A DNA stretch of 32,000 nucleotides from Candidatus Saccharimonas aalborgensis (lineage in GTDB: Bacteria > Patescibacteriota > Saccharimonadia > Saccharimonadales > Saccharimonadaceae): contig NC_021219.1 of assembly GCF_000392435.1 (NCBI RefSeq), positions 150,001 to 182,000 of the forward strand. Reading direction: 5' to 3'. The position numbers were made by a program, and so were the translations under genes. Shown here one piece after another: positions 18,101 to 25,162 of the stretch (within the stretch, counting starts at the first letter, position 1; the number at the start of each line of letters is the position of its first letter). The notes beneath the pieces are model-generated. The model was given only the letters and a program-made list of their open reading frames with translations. It searched no databases and was not told the DNA's origin.

Positions 18101-19046
18101 TGGTGAAGGTGGTGAGATACGTAAAGATATAGCTGCTGGTCGTGTGAATGTTGCATTTAGCCGTGCCCGACTTCAGGTCCATTGTGTGACTTCTCTTGCC
18201 ACAGAGCTTTGGCCTGAGGGTATTTGGATTAAGAAGTACCTAGAGTATGTTGATAAGAACGGAGCAATATCTAGAAGGCATAGTAAATCCGAGCAGCGTT
18301 TCGATTCGCACTTCGAGGAGCAGGTTTTTAGCTACCTATCAAAGCAGCTTGATGCAAATGAGTTTACGCTCGAAACACAAGCAGGTTCACTCGGGTTTAA
18401 AATTGACCTAGTCGTTCACCATAATGGTAGGAAACTTGCTATTGAGTGTGATGGTCCGACCCACTTTGAGGGAGGAGACGGTCAAGTTTACGTACAGAAC
18501 GACTGGGAGCGTCAAGGGGCATTAGAAGTAGCAGGATGGACCTTCTATCGTATTTCTTACTTCGATTGGGTCGACGACCAAGCAGAGGAAGAGAAAGCCC
18601 TACTACTACATATAGGTGAGTATTTTAATGATGAGCATAATTCAGGTAAGACAAGTGTTGTTAAAGAGCTAGAGAAAGAAACGGTTGCACCTGAGGATGC
18701 CCCGAAAGATACGTATGTAACAGATTTTTCTGACGAACGCGTCGATAATGAAAGTCCCGTTAACGCAACGCCTGCACCACGTGCAACAAAGACTAAGGCT
18801 AAGACTTCGACAAAGAAAGAATTTAGTGTCGGTGACCGTGGTGTTGACCAAGATGTTTTTGAAAGTTATCTACAAGCAAGAGTTAGAGGAACAATAAACA
18901 TAAGATACCAAAGCACTCGCCCTGGCAGCGGGAACTATTGGCGTAATGTAAGCCTAATCAAATACGATGGCACATATCTTTATTCCGAAGGGTCGGGTAC
19001 TTACCCAATCCGATACCGTCGTGACCGCGTCTTAGAATTCAAATAA
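15123..19046 (+). CDS. DUF4011-type SF1 (Upf1/DNA2-like) helicase fused to a DUF559/Vsr-like nuclease; HheA-like defence protein
   Basis: Helicase motifs are Walker A GPPGTGKSQTISNLL, DEASQ, YRSPKELIGFSN, QGDERDIVIYS and NVAFSRAR. The C-terminal KIDLVVHHNGRKLAIECDGPTHF...WERQGALEVAGWTFYRISYFDW matches the DUF559 PD-(D/E)xK pattern. A K/T/P-rich linker and a small terminal domain follow. The probable start is ATG 15174; the track start at 15123 is TTG. Confidence 0.88.
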   Translation: MAELLYNLVRNRTFFQLMTKIPVTISQLAKYGLDYVSLISSSASRSRPIKTEPMDASLVSIPDLIFKSEVDTITINLVTSLDSQYDPNLPSEDKTDEQLQAEHRVIRDRAIFDKIQEIDTKIKTDEYTKRVVLQTGFISFEGKRYKETEFGEEYENYEAPLLQIPIAAINFKYTSDGANVVIELPDSYVEVLSGPLKNYLPQQYYDNVFKFVADAEAEGKTSLPIGSDFIEDLWSAIRVQLDRVDARSISEAPSFDTSIVAITNKTNHFLAEDLKAIAALEDEDLIETSLGSWVSDEDMAIEQAVSDDGSTEIFFPFDYDKYQLKVLGITANKAVIVEGPPGTGKSQTISNLLVHLAATGKRVLFASQKDQAIRGVKDKLKTLDVPFLYGYIPDKTSKLYTADDEKDSAANTLIALNREFQKGKVGDLKEPLELLSDRSKIFVENMNIERSLYSLYEERRSLSYLDPYYNYGIDLEFYEQCLDFENSIANLEATIKQFENVHSKFIKTADTKFKDLEIDYQETISSIENINNYFKTHMPERSGFFASKVNDLKLRSALKEHCKNILQEIYLEFEKVLFSDNTKSAKLKLLDGLKAYFVYSSDNQVLAYNRAELDGLLQSKDMPHTALASLKKLVSEHGGYKKVFEDLERYNEISAQIDEASLYSANELNREIKDIRKFYRKNITNYVRNRILTRVGEANNSKELRATLAQVARSLSKSKKANKTFDRLKHNEDNFSAMSKVLPIWMMSLDDVSRIVPLEMNAFDYVIIDEASQCNFAYAFPAMYRAEHTIFFGDTLQMRDDNIMFKSNDQLNAIAKKHKIPDVYQIKAEEDTVKSVMDIANLNGFKTTTLKYHYRSPKELIGFSNEAYYEPIGRKLEAVNDNIVPYKDTGRVLLNHLVTPNDNEEIGSRTNFAEIHKIQQLVEEIKIDPILKDKSIAILTFFNEQAEEIRKAITDEDIKVSIIDGIQGDERDIVIYSFVIKDPSDKRRYIALTGEGGEIRKDIAAGRVNVAFSRARLQVHCVTSLATELWPEGIWIKKYLEYVDKNGAISRRHSKSEQRFDSHFEEQVFSYLSKQLDANEFTLETQAGSLGFKIDLVVHHNGRKLAIECDGPTHFEGGDGQVYVQNDWERQGALEVAGWTFYRISYFDWVDDQAEEEKALLLHIGEYFNDEHNSGKTSVVKELEKETVAPEDAPKDTYVTDFSDERVDNESPVNATPAPRATKTKAKTSTKKEFSVGDRGVDQDVFESYLQARVRGTINIRYQSTRPGSGNYWRNVSLIKYDGTYLYSEGSGTYPIRYRRDRVLEFK

Positions 19047-19196
19047 AACCATACCTTTAGCCAACAACTTTGCTAACATTAGCGACCCTTGTTTTTGCCG
19101 TACGATTGTTGGGCTAAACTTGAAAACAAAAGAAAATTCACCATCGACAAAAATTTAGCCTACAAGTGCGTTTACGAGCTTAAGTAAATTCTGAGT

Positions 19197-20135
19197 CTAA
19201 AGCATAGGGGGGGCCATTTTATAGTCGGGTAATTCACCTATTACTGAAATTCTAATTCCATATTTTGTTTTATCAAGTGTGGCAGGGTCTACTTTTGGCC
19301 AGTTTTGAAGCTCTTCGATTGTCAGTGATTCTGACTCTACATTTTGGTTAGTCTGAAATGTGTTTTTTGCTGCATCAAAAATACCTTGTGCGTGCTTAAC
19401 GTTCCATTTGCCATCCAGATACTGTGTGCCAACTTCATAATTGAAGGAGAATTCGTCTATAACCCCCCTTGTACCGTCCGCCATTACAATTTCTTGCTTG
19501 GGCAAAGTATATGCGTACCATCCGTCCGCACCGTTATTAAATTCTTCAATCCTCTCAACCAAATACCCACTGTTCCAAAGCACGTCTTTGAAGACATCAT
19601 ATGCTATAACCGTGTGACTGCCATCGTCAGATACAAGCTCCTGTCTACCCAAATCTTGATAAACATTAAATCCTGAACCAACTGAAGTGTGTTTTATCCC
19701 AAAACTTAGAGCCTTAACATAACGAACCTCAATAAGTGTCTTCGAAGCGATAGCAAATGGGTTTTCCTTATCCGTAGTGTCTATCAAATGAGTTGGTCTT
19801 ATGCCAAAAAATTTAGCTGCTGCAACTGCAGATTCTGCATAGGGGCTGTTAGATACCATCACTCCTAGTGGTACGCCTTCGTCCTTAAGCTTGAAGCCAT
19901 AATCCGCCACATCCTTTATCCCAATGTTCCGTTTATGGTCTTTAGCGTCAAAGTCAATCTGTTGCGTGCCAGTATCAAGTAAAGTATCAACTTGTCGTTT
20001 GCCGCCAGTAATTGTTGCAGGTAACTTTACATCGTCTTTAATTTCAGAGTTAGGATAGAGCTTTCTAACCATAGCACTGACTTTCTTTTCATACTTTTTG
20101 CCGTCGTTAGATTTTTTATGCTTTTTCTTAGTCAT
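19197..20135 (-). CDS. Mrr-cat-type restriction-endonuclease-fold protein with an unknown C-terminal domain
   Basis: The N-terminus GKKYEKKVSAMVRKLYP...GGKRQVDTLLD...IDFDAKDHKRNIGIKDVADYGFKL...GVMVSNSPYAESA follows the Mrr_cat pattern (G..fE..v......D.l....v..K......v....v..f). About 190 aa of the C-terminus are unassigned. Confidence 0.6.
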   Translation of the reverse strand: MTKKKHKKSNDGKKYEKKVSAMVRKLYPNSEIKDDVKLPATITGGKRQVDTLLDTGTQQIDFDAKDHKRNIGIKDVADYGFKLKDEGVPLGVMVSNSPYAESAVAAAKFFGIRPTHLIDTTDKENPFAIASKTLIEVRYVKALSFGIKHTSVGSGFNVYQDLGRQELVSDDGSHTVIAYDVFKDVLWNSGYLVERIEEFNNGADGWYAYTLPKQEIVMADGTRGVIDEFSFNYEVGTQYLDGKWNVKHAQGIFDAAKNTFQTNQNVESESLTIEELQNWPKVDPATLDKTKYGIRISVIGELPDYKMAPPML

Positions 20136-20140
20136 TGCTA

Positions 20141-20827
20141 CTACAATTCACTATCAAAGAAATTAACTTTTGGTCGAATTATTTTACCATCATTATCAAG
20201 GAAGCAGTCATATCCAACTTCAATATAACCACCAATATTCCAAACCTGCACTTCCAGCTTCTTGTTTGGATGCAACGTGTCTAGCTTAATATTTTTACTT
20301 GGCTTAACCTGTTTTGGCTTTTCTCCAGAATTCAATATCGTCACTGTCCTTGGCTCATTACTAAGATGTAGAGTTAATTTTTTTATTAACTCATTAGAGT
20401 TGTTCTCAATAATAAAAATCCACATTTGCTCACCATTGTGGCTAGGCTTTTGCTCGTCAAATTGAGGAACATAATGGGCTTTTAATCTAAGTCCAGGCAC
20501 AAAGTATAGTTTTCGTGTAAATACGACTAGCAACGATACGCCTACAATTACTGCAATAGGCCATTTAAGTACACTTATATTCGCGGACCAAGCAGTGTGA
20601 TTACCTGCTAATTGAAAAGCAAAACCAAAGACAATAAGCCCAATACCAAATCGTGACAATATTTCGTATCGTTGAGCTTTTCGTTTTAAGTGGTCGCTAT
20701 TGCCAATAGAGAGTGACATAGAACCATCTCTTGCTAATAATGGTGCAAGTCCGAAGAAAAACAATAATATTGCTCCGAAGAGGTCTAGCACCAACCCTAT
20801 GTCACCTAGCTGTATGTTTAATATCAT
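20141..20827 (-). CDS. Membrane protein (about 3 TM) with a soluble beta-rich C-terminal domain
   Basis: Hydrophobic segments are IGLVLDLFGAILLFFFGLAPLL, FGIGLIVFGFAFQLAG and WPIAVIVGVSLLVVF. Its stop lies 5 nt upstream of the nuclease-like gene start. Confidence 0.65.
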   Translation of the reverse strand: MILNIQLGDIGLVLDLFGAILLFFFGLAPLLARDGSMSLSIGNSDHLKRKAQRYEILSRFGIGLIVFGFAFQLAGNHTAWSANISVLKWPIAVIVGVSLLVVFTRKLYFVPGLRLKAHYVPQFDEQKPSHNGEQMWIFIIENNSNELIKKLTLHLSNEPRTVTILNSGEKPKQVKPSKNIKLDTLHPNKKLEVQVWNIGGYIEVGYDCFLDNDGKIIRPKVNFFDSEL

Positions 20828-20841
20828 CTAATCTAATATTA

Positions 20842-21009
20842 TCAAATTAGGCTATCTTCAACGATGTAAGTCTTGCTCGGTAGTAGCATACTCTTATACT
20901 GGGCATAAGGTACGGCTAAAATATCACGCCATCTTTGTATTTCTAACCTCAGTTCCGCATAGCTATCCGCGATAGTTTGGTGTAAAAGCTTTTGGTCCTC
21001 GTGCACCAT
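20842..21009 (-). CDS. Possible small protein (55 aa); the long 119-aa version is rejected
   Basis: MVHEDQKLLHQTIADSYAELRLEIQRWRDILAVPYAQYKSM... lies 14 nt upstream of the membrane protein gene. Residues upstream of this Met are encoded by repeat B1 and are unlikely to be coding. Confidence 0.3.
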   Translation of the reverse strand: MVHEDQKLLHQTIADSYAELRLEIQRWRDILAVPYAQYKSMLLPSKTYIVEDSLI

Positions 21010-21142
21010 AGAAGACACCGCCTCAATGGCGGTATTTTCTATGGCTGTACACAGTTTCCACTTTGTGGGGCCAGGCCACTTGCTTTGTTTATTCAGGCAA
21101 ATTGGTAGAATATTAACACTTCTTAGGGGTGAACTCCATATC
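21004..21142 (+). repeat. Repeat family B, copy 1 (17-bp hairpin plus about 100-nt conserved tail)
   Basis: It is about 88% identical by eye to 26890-27027. It opens with the hairpin ccatagaagacaccgcc-tcaat-ggcggtattttctatgg (21006-21044). It also contains tggtagaat, an extended -10-like box facing the beta-helix gene. Confidence 0.85.
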
Positions 21143-21282
21143 CCCCTATATCCCTGGGGTTTTCCTTTTGGTAAGAGTAAAGTTTTGCTGGACACCGACA
21201 AAACAACGCCTCACCGCTAGCGAGCTTTTGAAAAGTAACAAGCTCTGCTACAATATGAAAGTATAAATAAAGAAAAAGCAAT

Positions 21283-22404
21283 ATGACATTCACTCGAAAA
21301 AAAATTATCGTAGCGCTTATTGTCGTAGTGTGTATCGCGCTTAGTGTTGGCGTTTTTTTAGGAACTAGGCAACAAGTCGTGACAACCAAGCCGGGAGATA
21401 CTAATACCAGTACTCTCCAGGAGTCAGCCGCCTCATCACAGAAATCAGCAATATCTAAGACTGAACAAGGTGAAAAAACTCAGGCACCCGCTGATCAAAA
21501 AACACAAACTAGCGCAAATAGCTCAAATCAAGGCGGTGCCCAAGGTGCGACAAGCCATAGTCAGCCATCATCACCTCCCAACACCACCCCCGTGAACCCA
21601 AGCACTCCCGCGCAGATATGCGGTCAGGCTGGCTACAATGGCAATGGCAATTCATTGTCGCTATTTCAGACGGTCTACCCGGGCCAATGGCGCAGTGACT
21701 ATAGCTTTGCATCACTCTGGAGTGTACCCGGACAGACGTTTGAAAATTTCCGGCTCGAAACCTCGCTTTTCGCGATGTCTGACAATTTGATAATCCGTAA
21801 TTTCTATCTAGCTCCGGGTGCCGACTACTACCCGGTTCGTACCGATAACCGAGAGTCGGGTACGGGCACGCAAATCTACAATGGGACAGTCAGAGCAACT
21901 GGCGCGACCGATGACAATCTTTACAAAGGCATTCTTGTCGATGTACCACATGTCACAATAAGTGACATGGATATTTCCGGAACCCACGACGGCTTATCGC
22001 TGGCATCAACTTACACCACAGTAAGCAATGTGTGTATCCACGACCTGGCCTCTACTCCAACAGCCCACAATGACGGAATCGAGATATATGGGGGCGGTCA
22101 TGTCATTATTAAAGATAGTGAGATCAATAATAACCACGGTCAGACGTCAGCTATTAACATCACTAACGATTACGGAGCTATCGATGACGTGCTTATAGAA
22201 AATGTCACACTAAGCGGCGGCGGATATACAATTTATGTTCGTGGCGATGGTGCCAGTGGCCAGCCGATTACCAATATTCGCTTTAGAAATGTAAAGATAG
22301 CGAGCCCTGGGTATTACGGAGTCGTGAGCTATCAGGGTGCGCCTGGCGCGATTGTTGAGTGGGACGTCAAAGATGCTCAGGGCAATGTCATTCAGCACCC
22401 ATAA
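21283..22404 (+). CDS. Membrane-anchored/secreted right-handed beta-helix (pectate-lyase-fold) protein
   Basis: An N-terminal TM segment (IIVALIVVVCIALSVGVFLG) is followed by an S/T/Q/P-rich linker. Beta-helix-like repeats follow (ISGTHDGLSL, VCIHDLAS, IKDSEINNNHG, VTLSGGGYTIYVRG). Confidence 0.6.
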   Translation: MTFTRKKIIVALIVVVCIALSVGVFLGTRQQVVTTKPGDTNTSTLQESAASSQKSAISKTEQGEKTQAPADQKTQTSANSSNQGGAQGATSHSQPSSPPNTTPVNPSTPAQICGQAGYNGNGNSLSLFQTVYPGQWRSDYSFASLWSVPGQTFENFRLETSLFAMSDNLIIRNFYLAPGADYYPVRTDNRESGTGTQIYNGTVRATGATDDNLYKGILVDVPHVTISDMDISGTHDGLSLASTYTTVSNVCIHDLASTPTAHNDGIEIYGGGHVIIKDSEINNNHGQTSAINITNDYGAIDDVLIENVTLSGGGYTIYVRGDGASGQPITNIRFRNVKIASPGYYGVVSYQGAPGAIVEWDVKDAQGNVIQHP

Positions 22405-22552
22405 CCCCTCCTAACTTAAATGACCGTCCTGGTGCAACCAACCTAGAAAGACTAGATTGTCCAAGACGGCCATTAAAGCCCGCGACAAATAAAAATAGTC
22501 TTTCGCTGGATGGTTGCTCTTTTATTATACTGCAGATCGACGCAAGGCTGCG

Positions 22553-22577
22553 AAAAAAAGCATGTCTTTAGACATGC
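22553..22577 (-). terminator. Intrinsic terminator on the minus strand
   Basis: Read on the minus strand it is GCAUGUC-UAAA-GACAUGC followed by UUUUUUU. The stem is a perfect 7 bp. Confidence 0.7.
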
Positions 22578-22592
22578 CGAACCGCAGCTCTT

Positions 22593-22868
22593 CCCCCAGA
22601 AAAACAGATGGGTTTTGCTCCGCAAAACCATACTTTCCCAAACAAAAACGGGCGTTTCGCGCCCGGATTTGCGGATTTGTCCAAATTTGGTGGAGTTTTA
22701 CAACCAAGTTCGAACCGAATTCGAGCAAAATGGCCGAAGCGCAGCCCCAACACCTGCGGGCACGCTGCGCCCGCTCGCCCCACCAGAAAAACCCTTTGGT
22801 TATTTTTTTGAGATTTCCCCCCGCCGAATTTCTTTTGTTGTTGTAAGGGGTGTTTTCTGGTGGTGGCG
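22593..22868 (-). repeat. Repeat family A, element L (MITE-like; inverted relative to element R)
   Basis: 22812-22868 is the reverse complement of 25163-25218, about 54/57 by eye with one 1-nt indel. The core tggtggagttttacaaccaagttcgaaccgaattcgagc (22688-22726) matches inverted 25296-25337 and 26857-26894. The ends carry ccagaaaaac / gtttttctgg-type terminal inverted repeats. Confidence 0.85.
22641..22664 (-). terminator. Intrinsic terminator on the minus strand, inside repeat element L
   Basis: Read on the minus strand it is GGGCG-CGAAA-CGCCC followed by GUUUUUGUUU. Confidence 0.65.
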
Positions 22869-22904
22869 CGTTACATATGCTCGGTGTAGTACAATAGATC
22901 AGAG

Positions 22905-23762
22905 ATGAACTGGGAAGTATTTGTCGTTATCAACCTAATCACCGCTTCGTTGCTCGTACCATTGCAACGTCTTTTATTGCGCCGAGAAGAAACTGATCCG
23001 TTGACTTTTATTGTTGTGTCACAGGTTATTACCGGTGCCCTACTTATACCATTCACGCTTGCACATGGCTTTGAGTTCCCCGACATTAATAAATATGGCC
23101 TGCTAATGATTACAATGTTTGGGCTTTACAGTATCGGACATTATCTCTATGCGCACACGCTCAAGCGTGTCGAAGCTTCTGTATTCTCAACGTTGCTCAA
23201 CACGAGCACAATTTGGGTAATTGCAATGGGTTATCTTGTATTGCACGAAGAGTTGCATCTCTCGGATATTGTTGGGACGGTTATCATCATGACAAGTGTG
23301 TTTATGCTCATGGAGCGTAAAAAGAAACATAGGCTACACCTTGAAAAATCTATTCTCATGGGATTGCTTGTCGGATTAATATTCGGTGTCGCTTTGTCAA
23401 TGTGGGTATACATAGGCAAAGGCTCGGACTTATTGTCATGGATAACAATTAGCTTCTTCGGAACGCCCCTTATTATGCTTGCCGTGAAACCAAAGGTAGC
23501 ACGAAAAGCAAGGCACTTTTTCTCTGGTGAGTTGCTACCTAGAATGTTAATACTTGCTGTTGTATGGGCGGTTGATAATCTTGCCTCACTGGCTGCATAT
23601 CAGCATGGTAACGTCAGTATTATTGCACCGTTGCTGCAAACAAGCGCAATCTTAAGCGTACTCGTTGCGATTATATTCTTAGGGGAAAGAACTCGGTTAC
23701 GCTGGAAAATTGCTGCATCTGTTGTTTGTTTTATCGGCGTTGTACTGATTATTAGTTTCTAA
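22905..23762 (+). CDS. EamA/DMT-superfamily transporter (10 TM)
   Basis: Two EamA-like halves are present. The C-terminal half is typical: SIIAPLLQTSAILSVLVAIIFLGERTRLRWKIAASVVCFIGVVLI. Confidence 0.8.
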   Translation: MNWEVFVVINLITASLLVPLQRLLLRREETDPLTFIVVSQVITGALLIPFTLAHGFEFPDINKYGLLMITMFGLYSIGHYLYAHTLKRVEASVFSTLLNTSTIWVIAMGYLVLHEELHLSDIVGTVIIMTSVFMLMERKKKHRLHLEKSILMGLLVGLIFGVALSMWVYIGKGSDLLSWITISFFGTPLIMLAVKPKVARKARHFFSGELLPRMLILAVVWAVDNLASLAAYQHGNVSIIAPLLQTSAILSVLVAIIFLGERTRLRWKIAASVVCFIGVVLIISF

Positions 23763-23798
23763 CAAATAATCCGGTGAAGCAATGACAGCCCTAGTTCG

Positions 23799-23807
23799 TG
23801 ATATAAT
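23799..23807 (+). promoter_or_regulatory. Extended -10 promoter candidate (TGaTATAAT)
   Basis: tgatataat sits in the intergenic region after the DMT stop, facing the retron leader. An atgaca -35-like hexamer is only 14 nt away, so activity would rely on the extended -10. Confidence 0.35.
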
Positions 23808-24006
23808 ATACATGGGACTGCTTAGGCAGTCGGTACGTTTTTATCATTTTCTGCTCGCTCGAGGTGTTGTGACATGGCAACTATGCCATAAATAGTCCCC
23901 CTTTAATGTGATTCTTGTAATGCGTTAATGTGTGGCTATTACGCCCGGCTTCGCCGGCGCGAGACCTACCGGTTACGGAGCTTGTCTTTGTACCGATACG
24001 TTTCTA

Positions 24007-24263
24007 GAGGCCAAAGTACGTTGTATGACCTTTTCTGGACAGTGCGGAAAGCGAGACCCCGCGTATGCGTGGAGAAAGGAAATGTGATGAACTTACAGCG
24101 TACTAAATATAAACGTACGACTCCAAAGTCTCTTACTGAATACTCATCAACGAGCATCAGTCTGGGCGATGGCTTCAAGCTACTGGTTCAAACCATAGTG
24201 AAAATCATCGAAAAGTACTTTGGTCTCCTCTATGTTTCTATCTATTAGGTAGGCGCATACGGG
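24007..24263 (+). ncRNA. Candidate retron msr-msd non-coding RNA (boundaries tentative)
   Basis: There are nested long-range inverted repeats just upstream of the RT. Option 1: gaggccaaagtac (24007-19) pairs with gtactttggtctc (24215-27), 12 WC plus 1 GU, followed by G24020. Option 2: cgtatgcg (24062-69) pairs with cgcatacg (24254-61), followed by GG 24071-72. Option 2 encloses a small hairpin (cgtac..gtacg) and a 109-nt imperfect hairpin (24119-24227). Confidence 0.45.
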
Positions 24264-24268
24264 AGAAT

Positions 24269-25129
24269 ATGGGGAACACGGAGGAACTAGAAAAATTATT
24301 AGCAGACTACCCCGCCGAGGCGAGAGTTTTTTGTGCATTAGAACCAAAACGCGACGGTACGTCGCGTCCTATTATCAAGCCAAATAAGCCGCTCAATCAG
24401 TGGCTCAAGCGTATGAAACGCGCTTTGTATCGACAACGTAGAGACTGGCCGACGTTTATTCACGGCGGAGTGAAAAAGCGAAGTTATGTATCATTCGCTC
24501 GCCCTCACGCCAACAAGAACACCGTCATTACTATTGACATAAAAGACTGTTTTGGCTCCATAACACAAAGCGAGGTGCAACAAGCCCTCGTCAGTAAACT
24601 CGGCTTACCGGACGGCCTTGCCTCTCGGCTTGCAGCAAAATTGTGCTACAAACGCCGCATACCACAGGGTTTTGCAACAAGTAGCTATCTGACCAATCTA
24701 TATCTCAACGACACACTACTGAAAATCAACCGCCAACTTAAGCGCAAACAAATTGACATGACTGTGTACGTCGATGATATTGCGCTGTCGGGACAAAAAG
24801 TTGATAGTGCGGTGATTATCAACCTAGTCACGCTTGAGCTATCTCGCGCGCGGTTAGCAATAAGCAAGGCTAAGGTGAAAGTTATGCGCTCTCATAGTCC
24901 GCAAATTATTTGTGGACTTGTTGTCAATAAAGGCGTAGCCCTTTCGCGACAAAAACGGAAAGAAATTTTTTCAGATATAGCCAACGGACGTATGAGCGAG
25001 ACAAGTTTACAGGGCTGGCTAGCGAACTTAAATATGATAGACAGACGGCTTATGAATAAGTTGCAAACATACGCTACACAAAAAGGCCTGGTGGTAGTGA
25101 GCGCGAAGCGCGGCGGTCTTGCCGCCTAG
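24269..25129 (+). CDS. Retron-type reverse transcriptase (286 aa, no fused effector domain)
   Basis: It is colinear with the Ec86 RT as I recall that sequence. KRDGTSRPIIKPNKPL aligns with KKGPEKRMRTIYQPSREL. HGGVKKRSYVSFARPHANKNTVITIDIKDCFGSI aligns with the NAxxH...DLxDFFPS block. LCYKRRIPQGFATSSYLTNLYL aligns with ICCYKNLLPQGAPSSPKLANL. TVYVDDIALSG aligns with YTRYADDLTLS. PQIICGLVVNKG aligns with RKVTGLVIS. LQGWLANLNMID aligns with VRGWLSFILSVD. Confidence 0.9.
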   Translation: MGNTEELEKLLADYPAEARVFCALEPKRDGTSRPIIKPNKPLNQWLKRMKRALYRQRRDWPTFIHGGVKKRSYVSFARPHANKNTVITIDIKDCFGSITQSEVQQALVSKLGLPDGLASRLAAKLCYKRRIPQGFATSSYLTNLYLNDTLLKINRQLKRKQIDMTVYVDDIALSGQKVDSAVIINLVTLELSRARLAISKAKVKVMRSHSPQIICGLVVNKGVALSRQKRKEIFSDIANGRMSETSLQGWLANLNMIDRRLMNKLQTYATQKGLVVVSAKRGGLAA

Positions 25130-25162
25130 GCGAAGCCTCAACACCTCTACTGCTTGCAGTAG

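Noticed and set aside
19056-19118. Long-loop inverted repeat tttagccaacaa / ttgttgggctaaa after the helicase gene
   Set aside because: It is probably just a bidirectional terminator region between convergent genes. The 38-nt loop and one bulge make it unremarkable.
20842-21201. Full 119-aa version of the minus-strand ORF
   Set aside because: Its N-terminal 64 codons are encoded by repeat B1 (hairpin plus conserved tail), which recurs at 26890 and 28951 in non-coding contexts.
22359-22908. Cluster of six mutually overlapping 67-132-aa ORFs on both strands
   Set aside because: They lie entirely in repeat element L and its terminators. Overlap in all frames reflects GC-rich, stop-poor repeat sequence, not coding. 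The equivalent ORFs over element R (25028-25512) are rejected for the same reason.
23928-24248. 106-aa ORF (and antisense 23966..24178) upstream of the RT
   Set aside because: It covers the hairpin-rich region I interpret as the retron ncRNA. It has Arg/Tyr-rich odd composition and no RBS.
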